DNA of 64,000 nt from Callorhinchus milii (Eukaryota): the NCBI RefSeq assembly GCF_018977255.1, contig NW_024704742.1:38070001-38134000 (forward strand), in the 5' to 3' direction. The first letter of the stretch is position 1. Every line of letters begins with the position of its first letter. Positions 23,430-35,119 of the stretch are shown in pieces. A program made the translations under genes and the position numbers. A model generated the notes under the pieces. It was not told the DNA's origin, searched no databases, and worked only from the letters and a program-made list of their open reading frames with translations.

Positions 23430-26400
23430 TTCTTCTACTAGTGACCTCTCTGGTTATGACCATGGATATCTGAGGAGGAGTCCTGATCAATACAGCTCGA
23501 GGGGCAGTATGGAAAGCCTGGACCATACTAATCCTCCCTACCCCTCCTGCAGTCTCTCTCCTGCCAAGTCTACCAACAGCATCGACCAGTTTTCCCATCA
23601 CCACAGCAAGAGAGACTCTGCCTATAGCTCCTTCTCTACAAGCTCCAGCATCCCAGAGTACCCGCCTCCATCCTTGAGCAATGAGCCATCCTACTCCATG
23701 GAAAACATGCCATCCAGGAACAGTCTACATGAAGGAATCAGACAAGCTGATATAAAGTATGTAAAGACAGTCTACGACCACCACAGGGGCATATCTGAAG
23801 AGCAAGAGGTGTGCTGCCCTTCCATGATGAGAAACTCTGAGAGTCGAACCCAAGCTGACGCCAGGAGCTATTATAGGCCATACACTGGCAACAGACATAG
23901 TATTGGTCCAGTGTGGAATAACCCGAATAGGAGCTCTTTGGAGATTGATAGTAAAACACCTCCTCCTCCTCCACCAGCTCGCAGTGATAGTTTCATGGCA
24001 ATCAGGAGCCATGAAAAACCTACCCCCTGGTCCAGTCTGGACGGACAGGCCAAGACTGTTCGACCTCAGCCAAAGGGAGCGTGGCCTTACCATAGCAACG
24101 CAGGTTCTTCTGGGCAAACGCATCCATTAAAGCCTGTTTTCATTGAAGGACAACTGAACACCGTGCTCGAGAAGAGTCCTGAGAGTAGCCCAGCAACTCA
24201 GCCTAAGCACTGTTACCCTCAGACACCTCAACCCGGTCAACCAATGCTCCCGACGGGAGTGTATCCAGTGCCCCAGCCTGAGCCGCGGTTTGCACAGGCT
24301 CCAGGCAACCGCAACAACTGCTTGCATCAAAGTGCCAATAATGGGTTCCTGAATCCTGCTTTAAGTAAGGAGAGTTCATTCGCCTCTCCAAGTTCATTTG
24401 AAAGGACTAAACATACTCCGTGCAATGTAGAAAACAAAAACCAAAGCACCACCAACAAGCCTTCTGTTTATTACCAGCCCTCGGGCGCACAACCTGGTTT
24501 AAACAACAGATACGAGATGGTATCTGAGCGTACAGAGGGACAATATGGGCATTACCGGGCACATGTTTTACCCAACTCCAAGGGCGTTTATGACACAGCT
24601 GCAGTATTACCCGATGCAGGACCAGTGTCTTGTCCTAACACTCCTGTCGGTATGAGCACTGCCACACTCGAAGCCCACTATTATTGTAGACCCAGTGACC
24701 GCCAGCAGCATGCACAGCACAAAAGAGATGGCAGTGACAGACCACTTGCCACTCAGCCCAGAGAGAGCTGGCAAGGGAAAGGGCATCCCGATGGGGACTG
24801 CTCCCGGTGGAAACCCCAACCGGAAGATCACATGCCTCGGAGCTGGAGCGATAGCCAAGACAGACCCGGTATTTCTTCTCCTTTCCGTCAGAGCAACGGG
24901 GAAAGTAAAGCTCTCCATCGCAGGCAGCACAGCCTGGACGCCAAAGCATCGTGTCAGTGGGAGAGTTACAACGATGTACGTCTCTCGCAAAAATGGGGGC
25001 AGGAGAGCAGAGAGCAGCCCACAGATCACTGGAGCAGCTACGGACGGCAACAGTCACTCAAACATAGCGGCAACCACAGCGACATCATCCAGTCTCCATA
25101 CACACCGGTGAGGGGTGAGGAGCAGAACCATCGTTCTGACCTCAGCAGGTCAAGATCCAGTACCAGCAGCACTCAGAGCTCACACAGCAGCCAGTATGGA
25201 AAACCCGAAGTGTCCAAGCGCTGCTCCGTGTTGGAGACGGTCAGCAAGATTGAACAGCGCGAGCACGATGGAGAGAAGCTTCCCAACCCCCGAAGCTTAC
25301 ACCTTGCTCCCGAATACAGTCGGCTCAGCCAGTCCTCCAGCAACAGGAACTCGCTTACCAGCACGGAAGATCCCAGGAATAGGTACAGTCTGCAAGAGGG
25401 ACCGACACTCAGGCAGGCGATCCATCCCATTACCAACCTGATCAGTGCCGACAGGACACCCATCCTGCACCACTTGACGTGTGAGAACAGAGAGATGGGC
25501 AGCAGGTTGGAGGACCCCAAGCCCCGGGACGCTGCGTCACAATCTACGTTCAAACCCTTACAAAGGAGCAGCTCTTCTTCCATCGCCTCGCTTCCCATCA
25601 CAAACATGGCGGCCCAGCTCCACACATCCAAAAGCTCCCCGCGGCTGGTGGATGACGGTGATGATAAGGACCCCCTTTGGGGAGATGATCCCCAGGACGT
25701 GTCAGGCTCTCCCCCCGATAACTCCTTCAACCGAGCTTACAGAAACAGCCTGAAAAACGCTCAGACCAAGGTGCTGAGGGCCACCTCTTTCCGACGGATA
25801 GACCTAGGCATCGTCTCTTCTTACCAGAACAAGCAGAGGCCGTCCTCGGCACACGTGGGGCCAGCATCTCAAGCGAGGATCTTCAGTGCACCCAAGGATC
25901 GGCCCCGCGCCGTCACGATGGACATGCGGAGCACGACCCCAGAGGCCAGCGGCAAAGAGTTTGCGGGGGCTCCTCAGCACATGCTGCGTATCGGCAGCAG
26001 GAAACGGCTGACGGCGGAACAGAAGAAGCGATCGTACTCTGAGCCGGAGAAAATCAACCAGCTGGGGGTGTCTGACACCGAAAGCTCTCCCAGCTCCCAG
26101 CAAAAAAAGGACTGGACCTTCGTTTTCCCTGAGCCCACTGAGCTGAAGTCTGTCGCTGACAAGAGGAGGCTCTTCGAGAGAGATGGAAGGGCCCTGTCGA
26201 CGGCCGACCTCTCCAAGCCAGAGCTGAAGCAATTCCAGCAGAACGCCCTCGCCGATTATATCCACCGTAAAACAGGCAAAAGGCCTTTCGTGCAAGACAC
26301 TGTAAGTGTCAGGGAGCGCTTGCAGAACACGTTCTTGGGGCAAAGCCGCTCCGATGTTCAGAGCCTCTCGTCCTCTTCCAGTATGAGCTCCCTGCAGGAC

Positions 26401-26799
26401 CAGAGCGTGTACTGCCGCCAGCCGGTGGACAGGCTGGCCGAGACGGGCCGCGTCTCCTCCACGCTGCCTCCGGGCTTGAGCGGGGCCTTCGACTTCGATG
26501 AGGATGGCTACCAAGCCAGTGTCGGCGCTTCCCTCAGCCGGCGCAGAGCAGACTTGGAACGTATTTACCGTTCGGAGATGATGTTGAACAAAACGTTTCA
26601 GCAGGAGTTGGACAGAGCTTACAGTCCATTTCATCCCACTCAGCACCCTCAGCAGCAACACTCGTCGTTCGATAGACATTCTTTTGCGAGGAATTCGGGG
26701 AAGTTTGCATCTGCCGAGAACCTGCTGGAACGGTCCGAACACCCAGTGCCCGTCCACAGTCGCTCAAGGTCATCGCCGTCAACTGAAGTTATTAGACAG
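23430..26799 (+). CDS. shroom3: Shroom3 giant exon (3370 bp) containing the ASD1 actin-binding domain (~25726-26286)
   Basis: cactag|T...CAG|gtacgt. Contains SSSTSDLSGYDHGYLRRSPDQ, KRDSAYSSFSTSSS, QADIKYVKTVYD, AYRNSLKNAQTKVLRATSFRR, EQKKRSYSEPEK, ELKQFQQNALADYIHRKTGKRP and HSRSRSSP, all characteristic of Shroom3. Confidence 0.97.
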
Positions 26800-27017
26800 G
26801 TACGTGTGAGGCTTTCAAATTTCCTGTGTTTTGAGGTTGGGTTGGGTGGGGGAGGGTCACCGATGCAGGCCAACGCAGCGCCGATCACGGCTGGTGAAGA
26901 CTATTGTGATCCAGCTGTCCAGTCCTGACGAAGAAAAGAATAGCCTACAGTTCTCTCGTACTCGTGCCCCATAATTTATATTTTTTGCCAAAAGGCTATG
27001 TAATGCCAAAACGCGTC

Positions 27018-27578
27018 CATGCCATGACCCTCTCTGCCTTCCCCCACCTCCACAACATCGCCCGGCTCCGCCATTGTTTCAGAACTCTGCAGCCCGTGTC
27101 CTCTCCCACACCAGGCTCCATGACCCTATCACCCCCATCCTCGCCTGACTCCACTGGCTTCCCATCACACAGAGGATACAGTTCAAGATCTTAGTCCTCA
27201 CCTTCAAAGCCCTCCATGATCTTGCTCCCCCCTACCTCTGCAACCTCCTAACCCCCCTGCCATCCCGCCGCTCCCTCTGCTCAGCAGGCTCCGACCTGCT
27301 TCACGTCCCCAACCTTGCCCGCTCCACCATTGGCGGGCGGGCCTTCTGCCACTTTCCCCCTACCTTCTGGAATTCCATCCCGCAATCCCTCTGCCTCGCT
27401 CCCTCCCTTGCCTCCTTCAAGACTCTCCTCTTCAACCGTGATCACTCTACCTCCCCCCTGCCCTCCACCCTCCCCAATCCCAAACCCCAGCTTGGGTCCG
27501 AAATGCTGACTGTCCAGCGCCTTGGGATGTCCTCCCGACGTGAAAGAGGCTACACAAATGTAATTTTGTTGTTGTTGT
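27018..27578 (+). mobile_element. L2 LINE 3' fragment with internal deletions
   Basis: Closely similar to the copies at 44700-45671 and 49085-49797; ends in gacgtgaaag...aaatgtaattttgttgttgttg. Confidence 0.9.
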
Positions 27579-28039
27579 AATTCTCTCTTGAATTTGCTGA
27601 GATGACCGTCTGCCATAGGAGTCTGTTACACCCCTGTCTAAAGGGGAGAACAGCTTCCATTGTCAGCACTGTCCTCTTATTTAGTCAATGCACAAAGTCA
27701 TTTACAACTCCTCTTCCTTTGGTGGCTATCTCTTTCTTGTGGCTGCCTTGATGGCTCAGTGAATTTGTTGGAGGGATGAGGCATAAATAGGAATGTTGAA
27801 AATTAGGCAAAGGAGAAGGCCATTTGGCTCATTGAACCTTCTCCTTTGTAGACAATTCCATGCTCTGTAACCCCCCCATCTCCTCTTGTCCCATTTGCCA
27901 AAGTGGAGAAATGTGCTGAAATCTCACCAGCCGAGAGTAGGGCGAGGACATGAAGTAGACCTGAGTTATCAGAATGCAGGGAGTGGGCAAAGAGTAGGAC
28001 GTCACAGAAGTACGGTGAGACCAAGAGCGTGGAACCATT

Positions 28040-28275
28040 TGAAAGTTAGAAAGAGGCTCTTGAAATCAATCTACTGGGATTTGGAGTTCTGAATATCTCT
28101 ATTTTATGGAGGATTAAACTAAGAAAGCTACCAAAGAAAACCTTTGAGAAATTAAGTCTGGAGGTGACAAAGACGTGGATGAGAGTTTTGATTTGTGTTG
28201 GGGTCACCGTGCAGACAGAGGCAGGCAACATTGCAAAAGTGGAAGAAAGCTGAATTTGTCAAGGACCGGATGGTA
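28040..28275 (-). mobile_element. Old L2 ORF2 fragment
   Basis: Minus-strand peptide TLIHVFVTSRLNF resembles the L2 motif LIHAFVTSRLDY. Confidence 0.6.
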
Positions 28276-28909
28276 GGCTTAAAGGAAAGCAACATACTGG
28301 GACAGCATACTAGCTATGGTAGCTGGTGTGAGCAGCTGGAGAGATTGATCAAGTCAGAGGCAGTGAATTCATTTAAGAAATAGCTTAATGCTCTTGTGAG
28401 TCATGGATGTACGTCCACAGAGAGGGGACAGAGAATTGTGTTGAGAAAGGTGGAAATGAGTTGGGTGAGGCAGGAGTAATGTAATGGGATTGGCAGAGCA
28501 TTTGTGTTTGTAAATCTTGGGCAGCAGTTTTTTTCCCTTCCTTCCGTTCTATATACAGACTCTTAACAGACACTGTTCCAGTTGTAATGAAGAGCTGTGC
28601 TCAATGTGCTAATCCGCCTTCCTCTGTCCAATGCAGTTTGACCTGCTTTGGGTCATTAGATGCTTAAGGAATTTTTTGTTGTTGTTGAAAGAAGATGCAC
28701 AGACAGGAAGCAGTAAAATCTCCAGGCACTGTCTGCCCCAGAGAGCCAGGAAACGTAAATGTTATTTTTTGTTTTCCTGTCCGGTGCCGGTTAGTGCCAA
28801 ATCTGGTCCTGAATCAATGTCAAAATCACTGACTCTTCGCTGTTATTTTGTACACTTCTGGGAAACTGAGAGGAAAACTGATTGTTATTCTCCTTTGCTT
28901 TGTGGTCTT

Positions 28910-29221
28910 GTGGAGTCCTGTAGCTCAGTGGTTAGAGCACTCGCTTTGCAAGTGAGACACCTGGGTTCAATTCCCGGCAGGGTGAAACCTTGGGCAAGTT
29001 TTCTTACTCCACACGCCTGATAATAATCCCTCTTAAATAAAACAATAATAAATTGGTCATTTCAATCCACGACTGTTTGTGGGACACTGCTGTGTGCATT
29101 TGGCTGCTGCATTTCGCCCACAAATATACAGTCAATTCACTTTACAGTCTATTCTGTGAAGCGCTTTGAGACGTCGAGAAGATGTGAAAAGCGCGATATC
29201 AAATGCAAGGATTATTATTAC
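28910..29221 (+). mobile_element. Same SINE family, full-length short variant
   Basis: gtggagtcctgtagctcagtggttagagc...aaatgcaaggattattatta. Confidence 0.92.
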
Positions 29222-29409
29222 AACCCTGACCTGCCAAACTCAACCAAATCTCACATTGGAAGCTTATTTTTACTGCTAGCTTTCTCTTCTTCCCTCGTTT
29301 CTTGAATGTGCTTGCCTCATTTTCCTTCTTTTGGGAGTGAAGAAAGAAATCCCATTTTAATATTTTCTTATCATGTTGAAACACCTTCGAGCAATATGCA
29401 GTAATTGTC

Positions 29410-30060
29410 CCAAATAGGCAGCTATTTTTGTTGGCAAGGTCCCGCAAATAGCTGTGAACTGAACAACTGATTTAATCTAAAGCATAATTGGTCAGGATAT
29501 TGGGAGAAACATTCTTCTCTTTTTGAATAGTATCATGGGATCAGAACACGCAGCAGGAGCTAAGATTAACATCTCTTCCAACAATGCAGTGATCCCTGAG
29601 TACTGCACTGGAGTGTCATCTTAGAGTGTGAGCTCAGGTGCCACCTCGGGCTGGAGCGCAGAACTTTGTGACCCAGATGCACACTGGGCCAAGTTCAAGC
29701 CCAACATCAGGACTTTAAACTCCTGTATGGTGCTGAAGGTACACACGCCTGTTTGCTGAAGGTGCCTTCTTTCAGATGAAACATTAAACTGAGGTCCCGT
29801 CTGCCTGTTAGAGAAGTTAAAAATGCCATTGTACTGTTCGAAAAGAGAAAGGAATTTCTCCCGGTGTCCTGGCCAACAATCACCCAGATAAAACTGGTCA
29901 CTCATTCCATAGCTGTTTGTGGGACATTGCTGTGCACAAATTGCCTGTCGCGTTTGCTTGCAAAACACAGAGTCACTCCACTTTACAGTGTATCTTGTGA
30001 AGAGCTTTGAGAAATCCTCCTGATGTGAAAGGTACTATACCAAATGCAAATGTTAGTATT
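29410..30060. mobile_element. Two Deu-type SINEs head-to-head (minus ~29410-29700, plus ~29750-30060)
   Basis: Plus copy tcagatgaaacattaaactgaggtcccgtctgcctg; minus copy aatagtatcatgggatc...cactgggccaag. Confidence 0.7.
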
Positions 30061-30074
30061 CTACTGGGTAATTT

Positions 30075-30350
30075 TCACTCTCCAGTGAAGACTGATTGCC
30101 TATGGGGGAGAGGTGAGAGAGCCAACCCCAATCCTGTCCTCATATGATGCCCAGAGATATGCACTTTCAATAATGGTCACTAGATAGCAAACAAAAATGG
30201 GAACTTGCCTGATTTCTCCCTAACCTGGGGCCAAGAGTAATTGTAAGCACTGCTGCCAGGGAAGCTAACTTGACACAGATATGGGATTGAACCTGGTATC
30301 CAGTGGGTCTGTATGGTTCTGTGAAACATTAGGCAGTAGTTTGTCTACTG
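30075..30350 (-). mobile_element. Ancient LF-SINE-like element
   Basis: Reverse complement has ggttcaatccca...gttagct...acaatt...ggagaaatcaggcaagttccc...ctatctagtgacc...tgaggacaggattgg, the recalled LF-SINE motif order. Confidence 0.55.
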
Positions 30351-30460
30351 AGTGGAGGGAATGGGGGAGTATTTTATGGGTTGCCCCGGTCCAGTTGGAA
30401 TATTCATTCCTACATCATGTTATGTGTGTTAGGTTGTAAATATGTTTCTTTAACAACCAG

Positions 30461-30561
30461 GATGTTGTGGCCGGAGCAAACCGAGTGGTCGGCATCTCTG
30501 CGAAGGATCAACTTCCATTATTGAGGCGGATGGGGATGGACTGCATGGGCAGCAGTTGTGG
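30461..30561 (+). CDS. shroom3: Shroom3 small coding exon (human exon 6 equivalent), phase 0-2, 101 bp
   Basis: caaccag|GAT...GG|gtatgt. Encodes DVVAGANRVVGISAKDQLP...; the recalled human exon starts DVLLGQDSGFGLVKDP. It supplies the phase 0 to phase 2 bridge needed between the flanking exons. Confidence 0.8.
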
Positions 30562-31203
30562 GTATGTAACCACTGTGTATGAGGCTGCAGCCTTTCTCAC
30601 AAGACCCCTCTCTCCCTTCCTCCCCCCCCACCTGATTCACTACCAAGCAACGATGCACTTCCTGTTGAAAGGGACGATGGGTGCAATGTGGGAGAGATCA
30701 GGACCAGCTCTATTCATGCTCGTTGGGCCAGGCATTTAGACTTAACTGTAGGCACAACACCCCAACAGAAGTAAACCGTGCTGAGTGAGAGAGAAAAAAA
30801 ACATGCATTGATGCAAAATGGAGAGAATGTGGTATGTTTGCGCTTGAGTTGGCAACATTCTAAAGGCTTATAATGACTCTGAAGCTTCACCCTACGTAGA
30901 CTCCTCTTTCACACTGCGTAGACTGACTGGGGAGGGGCAGGGGAGATGTTGAGGGAACTAGTGCCCCACACAATGGGTTGAGTGGCTTCGCTTGTGGTCT
31001 GATCCAGTCTGGTCACCTGAACAGGTTGGCTAATCTGATCTGAAACCGCTCTGCAAAACCATTGTAAAATTCCGAAAGCTAACATTCATCACTACCTAAA
31101 TAGAAGTGTACTTTCAATTTACTCGCGTACATTAGCTCCCACGCTAAAACTTACCCAACTCCGGAAACATTTTAGAATAGCATAGAAACGGGCCATTGGG
31201 CCC

Positions 31204-31286
31204 ATTATTATTGCAGTAATATTATTACCACCAACAACACAGACTTACTGTGTTGGTGGTGGTAATAATATTACTGCAATAATAAT
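31204..31286. repeat. Near-perfect palindrome with 39-bp arms and a 5-nt loop
   Basis: attattattgcagtaatattattaccaccaacaacacag-actta-ctgtgttggtggtggtaataatattactgcaataataat; one mismatch. Confidence 0.95.
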
Positions 31287-32611
31287 CTTGTGATCTCTGC
31301 AAGAGGCAAATCTCATCCCACATTCCTCCTCTTCTTTGAGCATTTACCTAATACCCTTTTAAAATAATTGATAGCCTCTGCCTTAGCAGTGGGGTTTGTA
31401 GCAAAGAAACCTACATACCAACCACCCTGTGTGTAAAAGCATTTAGTTTCACAAAAAACAATACAGAAGGCATTAATTTCAGCGAAGCCAAACAGTCTGA
31501 TCGGACTGCTAAACTGGTGCCCATGGCTTTTACACTTTTACAGTGGGTTACGTAATCAATGTGTTGCCTCACATGGTGGCCCTGGATGTACTCTGCGTGC
31601 TGTGAAGCTAGACCTACATTTCAGAAATTAACCCTCACCACATTTGAATCTGTTTGTGCCAATTTTGCCAATTTTTTCTCTCTTCGGGCATTATTTTCTC
31701 TCTCTTCTGAGTTACAGTCCATAGGTATCTGTTGCTCTGCGGCTCCTCTCCCAAGTGGCTATTAATGGCGTGTGAGTGTTTGACTATTCAATACTGGGTA
31801 CGGGAAGCATCTCAGTCGAGCCTGGTCCTGTTCACGATTAGTGACCATACACAGCTTTGATGCTGCAAGAACGATCCCTGCCAAATGAATGCAGCGAGCA
31901 GTAGCTCTTACTCATAGGGCACCATTCCCTAACGCTGCCACAAAGGGTCTAATCAATAGTCCAGGCCTCACTAATCTGCTTCTCAAACCTATGTTTCTGG
32001 ATTTACAGTGTCCCTTTGACTCCGGGTTCAAGACTTCAGCACCTGCCACGGCCCCAGCGTTCTGACCTCAACAGACCCCTGACAAGGCCAGGATCGCATG
32101 ACTGGTATGATGACACAACTCCATGTGTTTTTTCTCTGATTTAATATTGTAACGAAATGGACCTGGTTCTAATTACCTCCTGCACAATTGGTGCTGATTC
32201 ACGTTAGTGATAATTAGTTGTGCTGGGAGGTGGGTGGTGGGGGGGGGGCGTATCTTGCCTTGTTTTAGAAAGCTCATTCAGCGTAGGTATTTTTAAATAT
32301 GTAAATGAAAGTGAATGAATAAATTCCCAGCACGTGGCAGCCAGGGTACTGATCAGCACAGGGTGGGCGTACACATTGCTATTGTAAGAAGTCATCCAAA
32401 ATGTGGATAAGATAGCTGCACTCGATTTTTTTTAAAATTTGGATTTAAGAAGGTGTTTAAGGTGGCGCATAAGAGATTTCTTAAACTAATAGGTAGAAAG
32501 TTAGCATCTGACATATGACCGCCTACAAACAACAGTCACTACATTTTATGGTAAATCCTGTGAAACGCTTTTTCACTTGAAAAGGTGCTATATCAAATTG
32601 TTTTGGGGGAT

Positions 32612-32850
32612 TAGATGGGTGTCTTGAAGCATGCGGAAACCCATCACCATGCTTAAGAGTATCCAAACCAAACTGAGAATTCCATGTATCCCAGCTACAC
32701 GTGGAAATTCCAGAGATAGATTGTTGGAATGCAATGCGCACTCTTCCTGGAGGGATGCATCCTTCTTATTTAATTCCGGAAAGTATTAGATGCAGATCGG
32801 CAAGAGCCAAGGCTTGGGGCCCCAGAGTGTGAGACCCCAAAGTGGGTACA
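32612..32850 (+). repeat. Unclassified dispersed repeat (one of at least 6 copies)
   Basis: Shares gaaacccatcaccatg...aaccaractgaga...tggaaatt...ctggaggga...gcaagagccaa with 1165-1380 and 8760-8870, and in reverse with 35330-35578, 52598-52910 and 62325-62460. Confidence 0.8.
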
Positions 32851-33390
32851 GGAATGGTTCAAGGACATGCAGCAGAGAATGGGAATTGAGGGATTTTTTT
32901 TCTCATTGTAGAGATGAGTTAATGGTGTGCCTCGGGGATCAATGTTAGCACCTCTCTTGTTTTCTCTTGCTATAAAAGAGGAGTTTATCCTGGTGTCCTG
33001 GTCAACAATTCCCCAATTAAAATTGGTCACTCACTTCATGGCTGTTTACGAGACATTGCTGTGTACAAAATTGCTGCCAAAGTTCACCCACAAGGGACTC
33101 ACTCGCTCCACTTTTCATTACATCCTGTGAAGCGCTTTGTGATATCCTCCTCACGCAGAAGGCACTATACCAAACGTAAAAAAAAATTGGGGAGGAAATG
33201 GAAATAGAGGGTTCTGGAAAAGAGGGGAGAATGGGATAAGGATGAAAACTTCTTGGCAGAGCAAATACGGACATGAGCAAATGGCTTCTTCCTGGTGTGT
33301 TGTACATTTGCATGTTTTCTCTAAATTGGGATTGTTGATGGAGTGCCATGTTAGCAGCAGTCTTTTAGCCATATTAGGAGCAGTTCTTTA

Positions 33391-33759
33391 GGTGTTCCTG
33401 TAGCTCAGTGGTTAGAGCACTCGGCTCCAAGCGAGATCTGGATTCATTCCCAGCAGGGTGAAACGGGCAAGTTTCATTATTCCACATGGCTCTGTTTACC
33501 TAGCAGTAACCCAGTTGCTAGTCGATTGGCGGATCGCTTTTCCAGGGGTAATAATTCATTCCAAAAAAAATTCTTTTTTTTTAAGTTTTCACTCAATCCA
33601 CAACTGTTTGTGGGACACTGCTGTGTGCAATTGGCTGCCGCGTTTCGCCGATAAAGTATACAGTCAATTCACTTTACACTATATTCTATGAAGCGCTTTG
33701 AGACATCTTGAAGACGTGATAAGACACTTTATCAACTGCAAGAATTATTATATTATTAT
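33391..33759 (+). mobile_element. Same SINE family, long variant
   Basis: cctgtagctcagtggttagagc...tgcaagaattatta. Confidence 0.88.
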
Positions 33760-34285
33760 GAGCAGTCCTTTACTGGGGCCCATGATAGAAGCTCAGAGAA
33801 GGAGACTTAACCCATTCACAACGCACCTCTTATACCTGGCAGACAGGGAGCGATCAAATTTTCTTTCAAACAATCTGGGTGGGATTTGCACCGCAATCCC
33901 CAGATGTGAAAAGACAGTACACAGCCAGTCCTCCCATAGTTTTCAATGGGGTGGAGGGAGCACACTTTAGGAAAGCAATAATGTTATTGACTCATGGCGT
34001 AAACTGTGTTTTGTCACACCAACTCCCCAAGACCATCACTCCAGCCTGGGATGGCTTTGGAGTCGAGTCACATGTGTCAGTGTGACATACATTAGGTGTC
34101 CATGAAGAAAACATAATTAATTGATCCTGTGAGTTGTATTGTGAGGACAGTAACGCTACCAATTCCTCAGGAGCACTCAGTGTTGGTCTCAGAAACAATG
34201 GACTTTTAGTTCTTTGAATGAAATCTGGTTTTGCATCGATATCCGTGTGATAATTAAAGGAAATAAATCTCCTTTATTTTTCAAG

Positions 34286-35119
34286 GTCTTTCAGCAATGA
34301 AGCAAAAGACAGCAGAGACAAAGCTGTAGCAACCCAGCATTTGGCCATTTATGAGAAGGAGCCGTCGTCACTCGGAATGCACAGAGTGTCCAGCTGGAAT
34401 GACAGGCACAGGCCATTGGACACTTACAGGCCCAGCAGCACCTCAGGCATTGTGTTGCCAGCAAGTGTCGCCCCTCTCTGTATCTCTGAGACCATGGCAC
34501 ACAGTAAGGCAGCATCAGAGCAGTGCATCAAATCCAATGCAAGCATTCAAGACAATAGGGGCAGCGGTCTGACTAAAGCAGCCCAGGGATCATTCACAAA
34601 CTACCCGCCCGAGGACACAGCGCTGGAGGAGGCAACGAGGAGGAAAGTGGTGTCGCCACAAAGGCCTCCCCCTCCCAAGCTCAAATGGGTAAACCCTGGG
34701 AGTGAAGAGCCAGTGAAGAGGCCAGCGATCCCGCGGTATTCCGGGTCCAACCTTAATCCGTCTCAGTGGGAGCCCAGCCGAACAGCGCAAAGCAGTGGCA
34801 GCTCTGAGTCTGAAACACCGCCCCCTCGGCCCCCTTCACCGCAAGACAGCGTCCTTTTGACCACCTCTCCAGCACAGTTCCACCTCCGCTCAGCATCCTA
34901 CCCAGATGAAGATGATGTGTTTATCCAGGAGCCGGAGCCACAGGCCAACAGTTTCCAGATATTTCCACCTCCTCCTCCTCCTTCTCCTTCTCTGCAGGAT
35001 CCCAGCGCTGTTGCAAATGCTCACTATAAGGAGTTTCCACCTCCGCCTCCTCTGATCGACTTTAAGGAAGAGCCAAGCACTGAATTCTCCAGCGGGAATG
35101 AACAGGAAGCATCGCACAG
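34286..35119 (+). CDS. shroom3: Shroom3 proline-rich exon, phase 2-2, 834 bp
   Basis: tttttcaag|G...AG|gtaatc. Encodes SFSNE...EEATRRKVVSPQRPPPPKLKW...EDDVFIQEP...FPPPPPP...EFPPPPP. Confidence 0.92.

Noticed and set aside
25804..26757. 317-aa antisense ORF
   Set aside because: Shadow of GC-rich coding sequence on the other strand; no recognisable protein features.
23359..26928. 1189-aa ORF as a standalone intronless gene
   Set aside because: It is the giant internal shroom3 exon with read-through into both introns; splice sites at 23430 and 26799 fit the phases of the neighbouring exons.
28910..28985. tRNA-Ala(TGC) gene
   Set aside because: No proper acceptor stem, and every copy is attached to the same SINE body and tail, so these are SINE heads.
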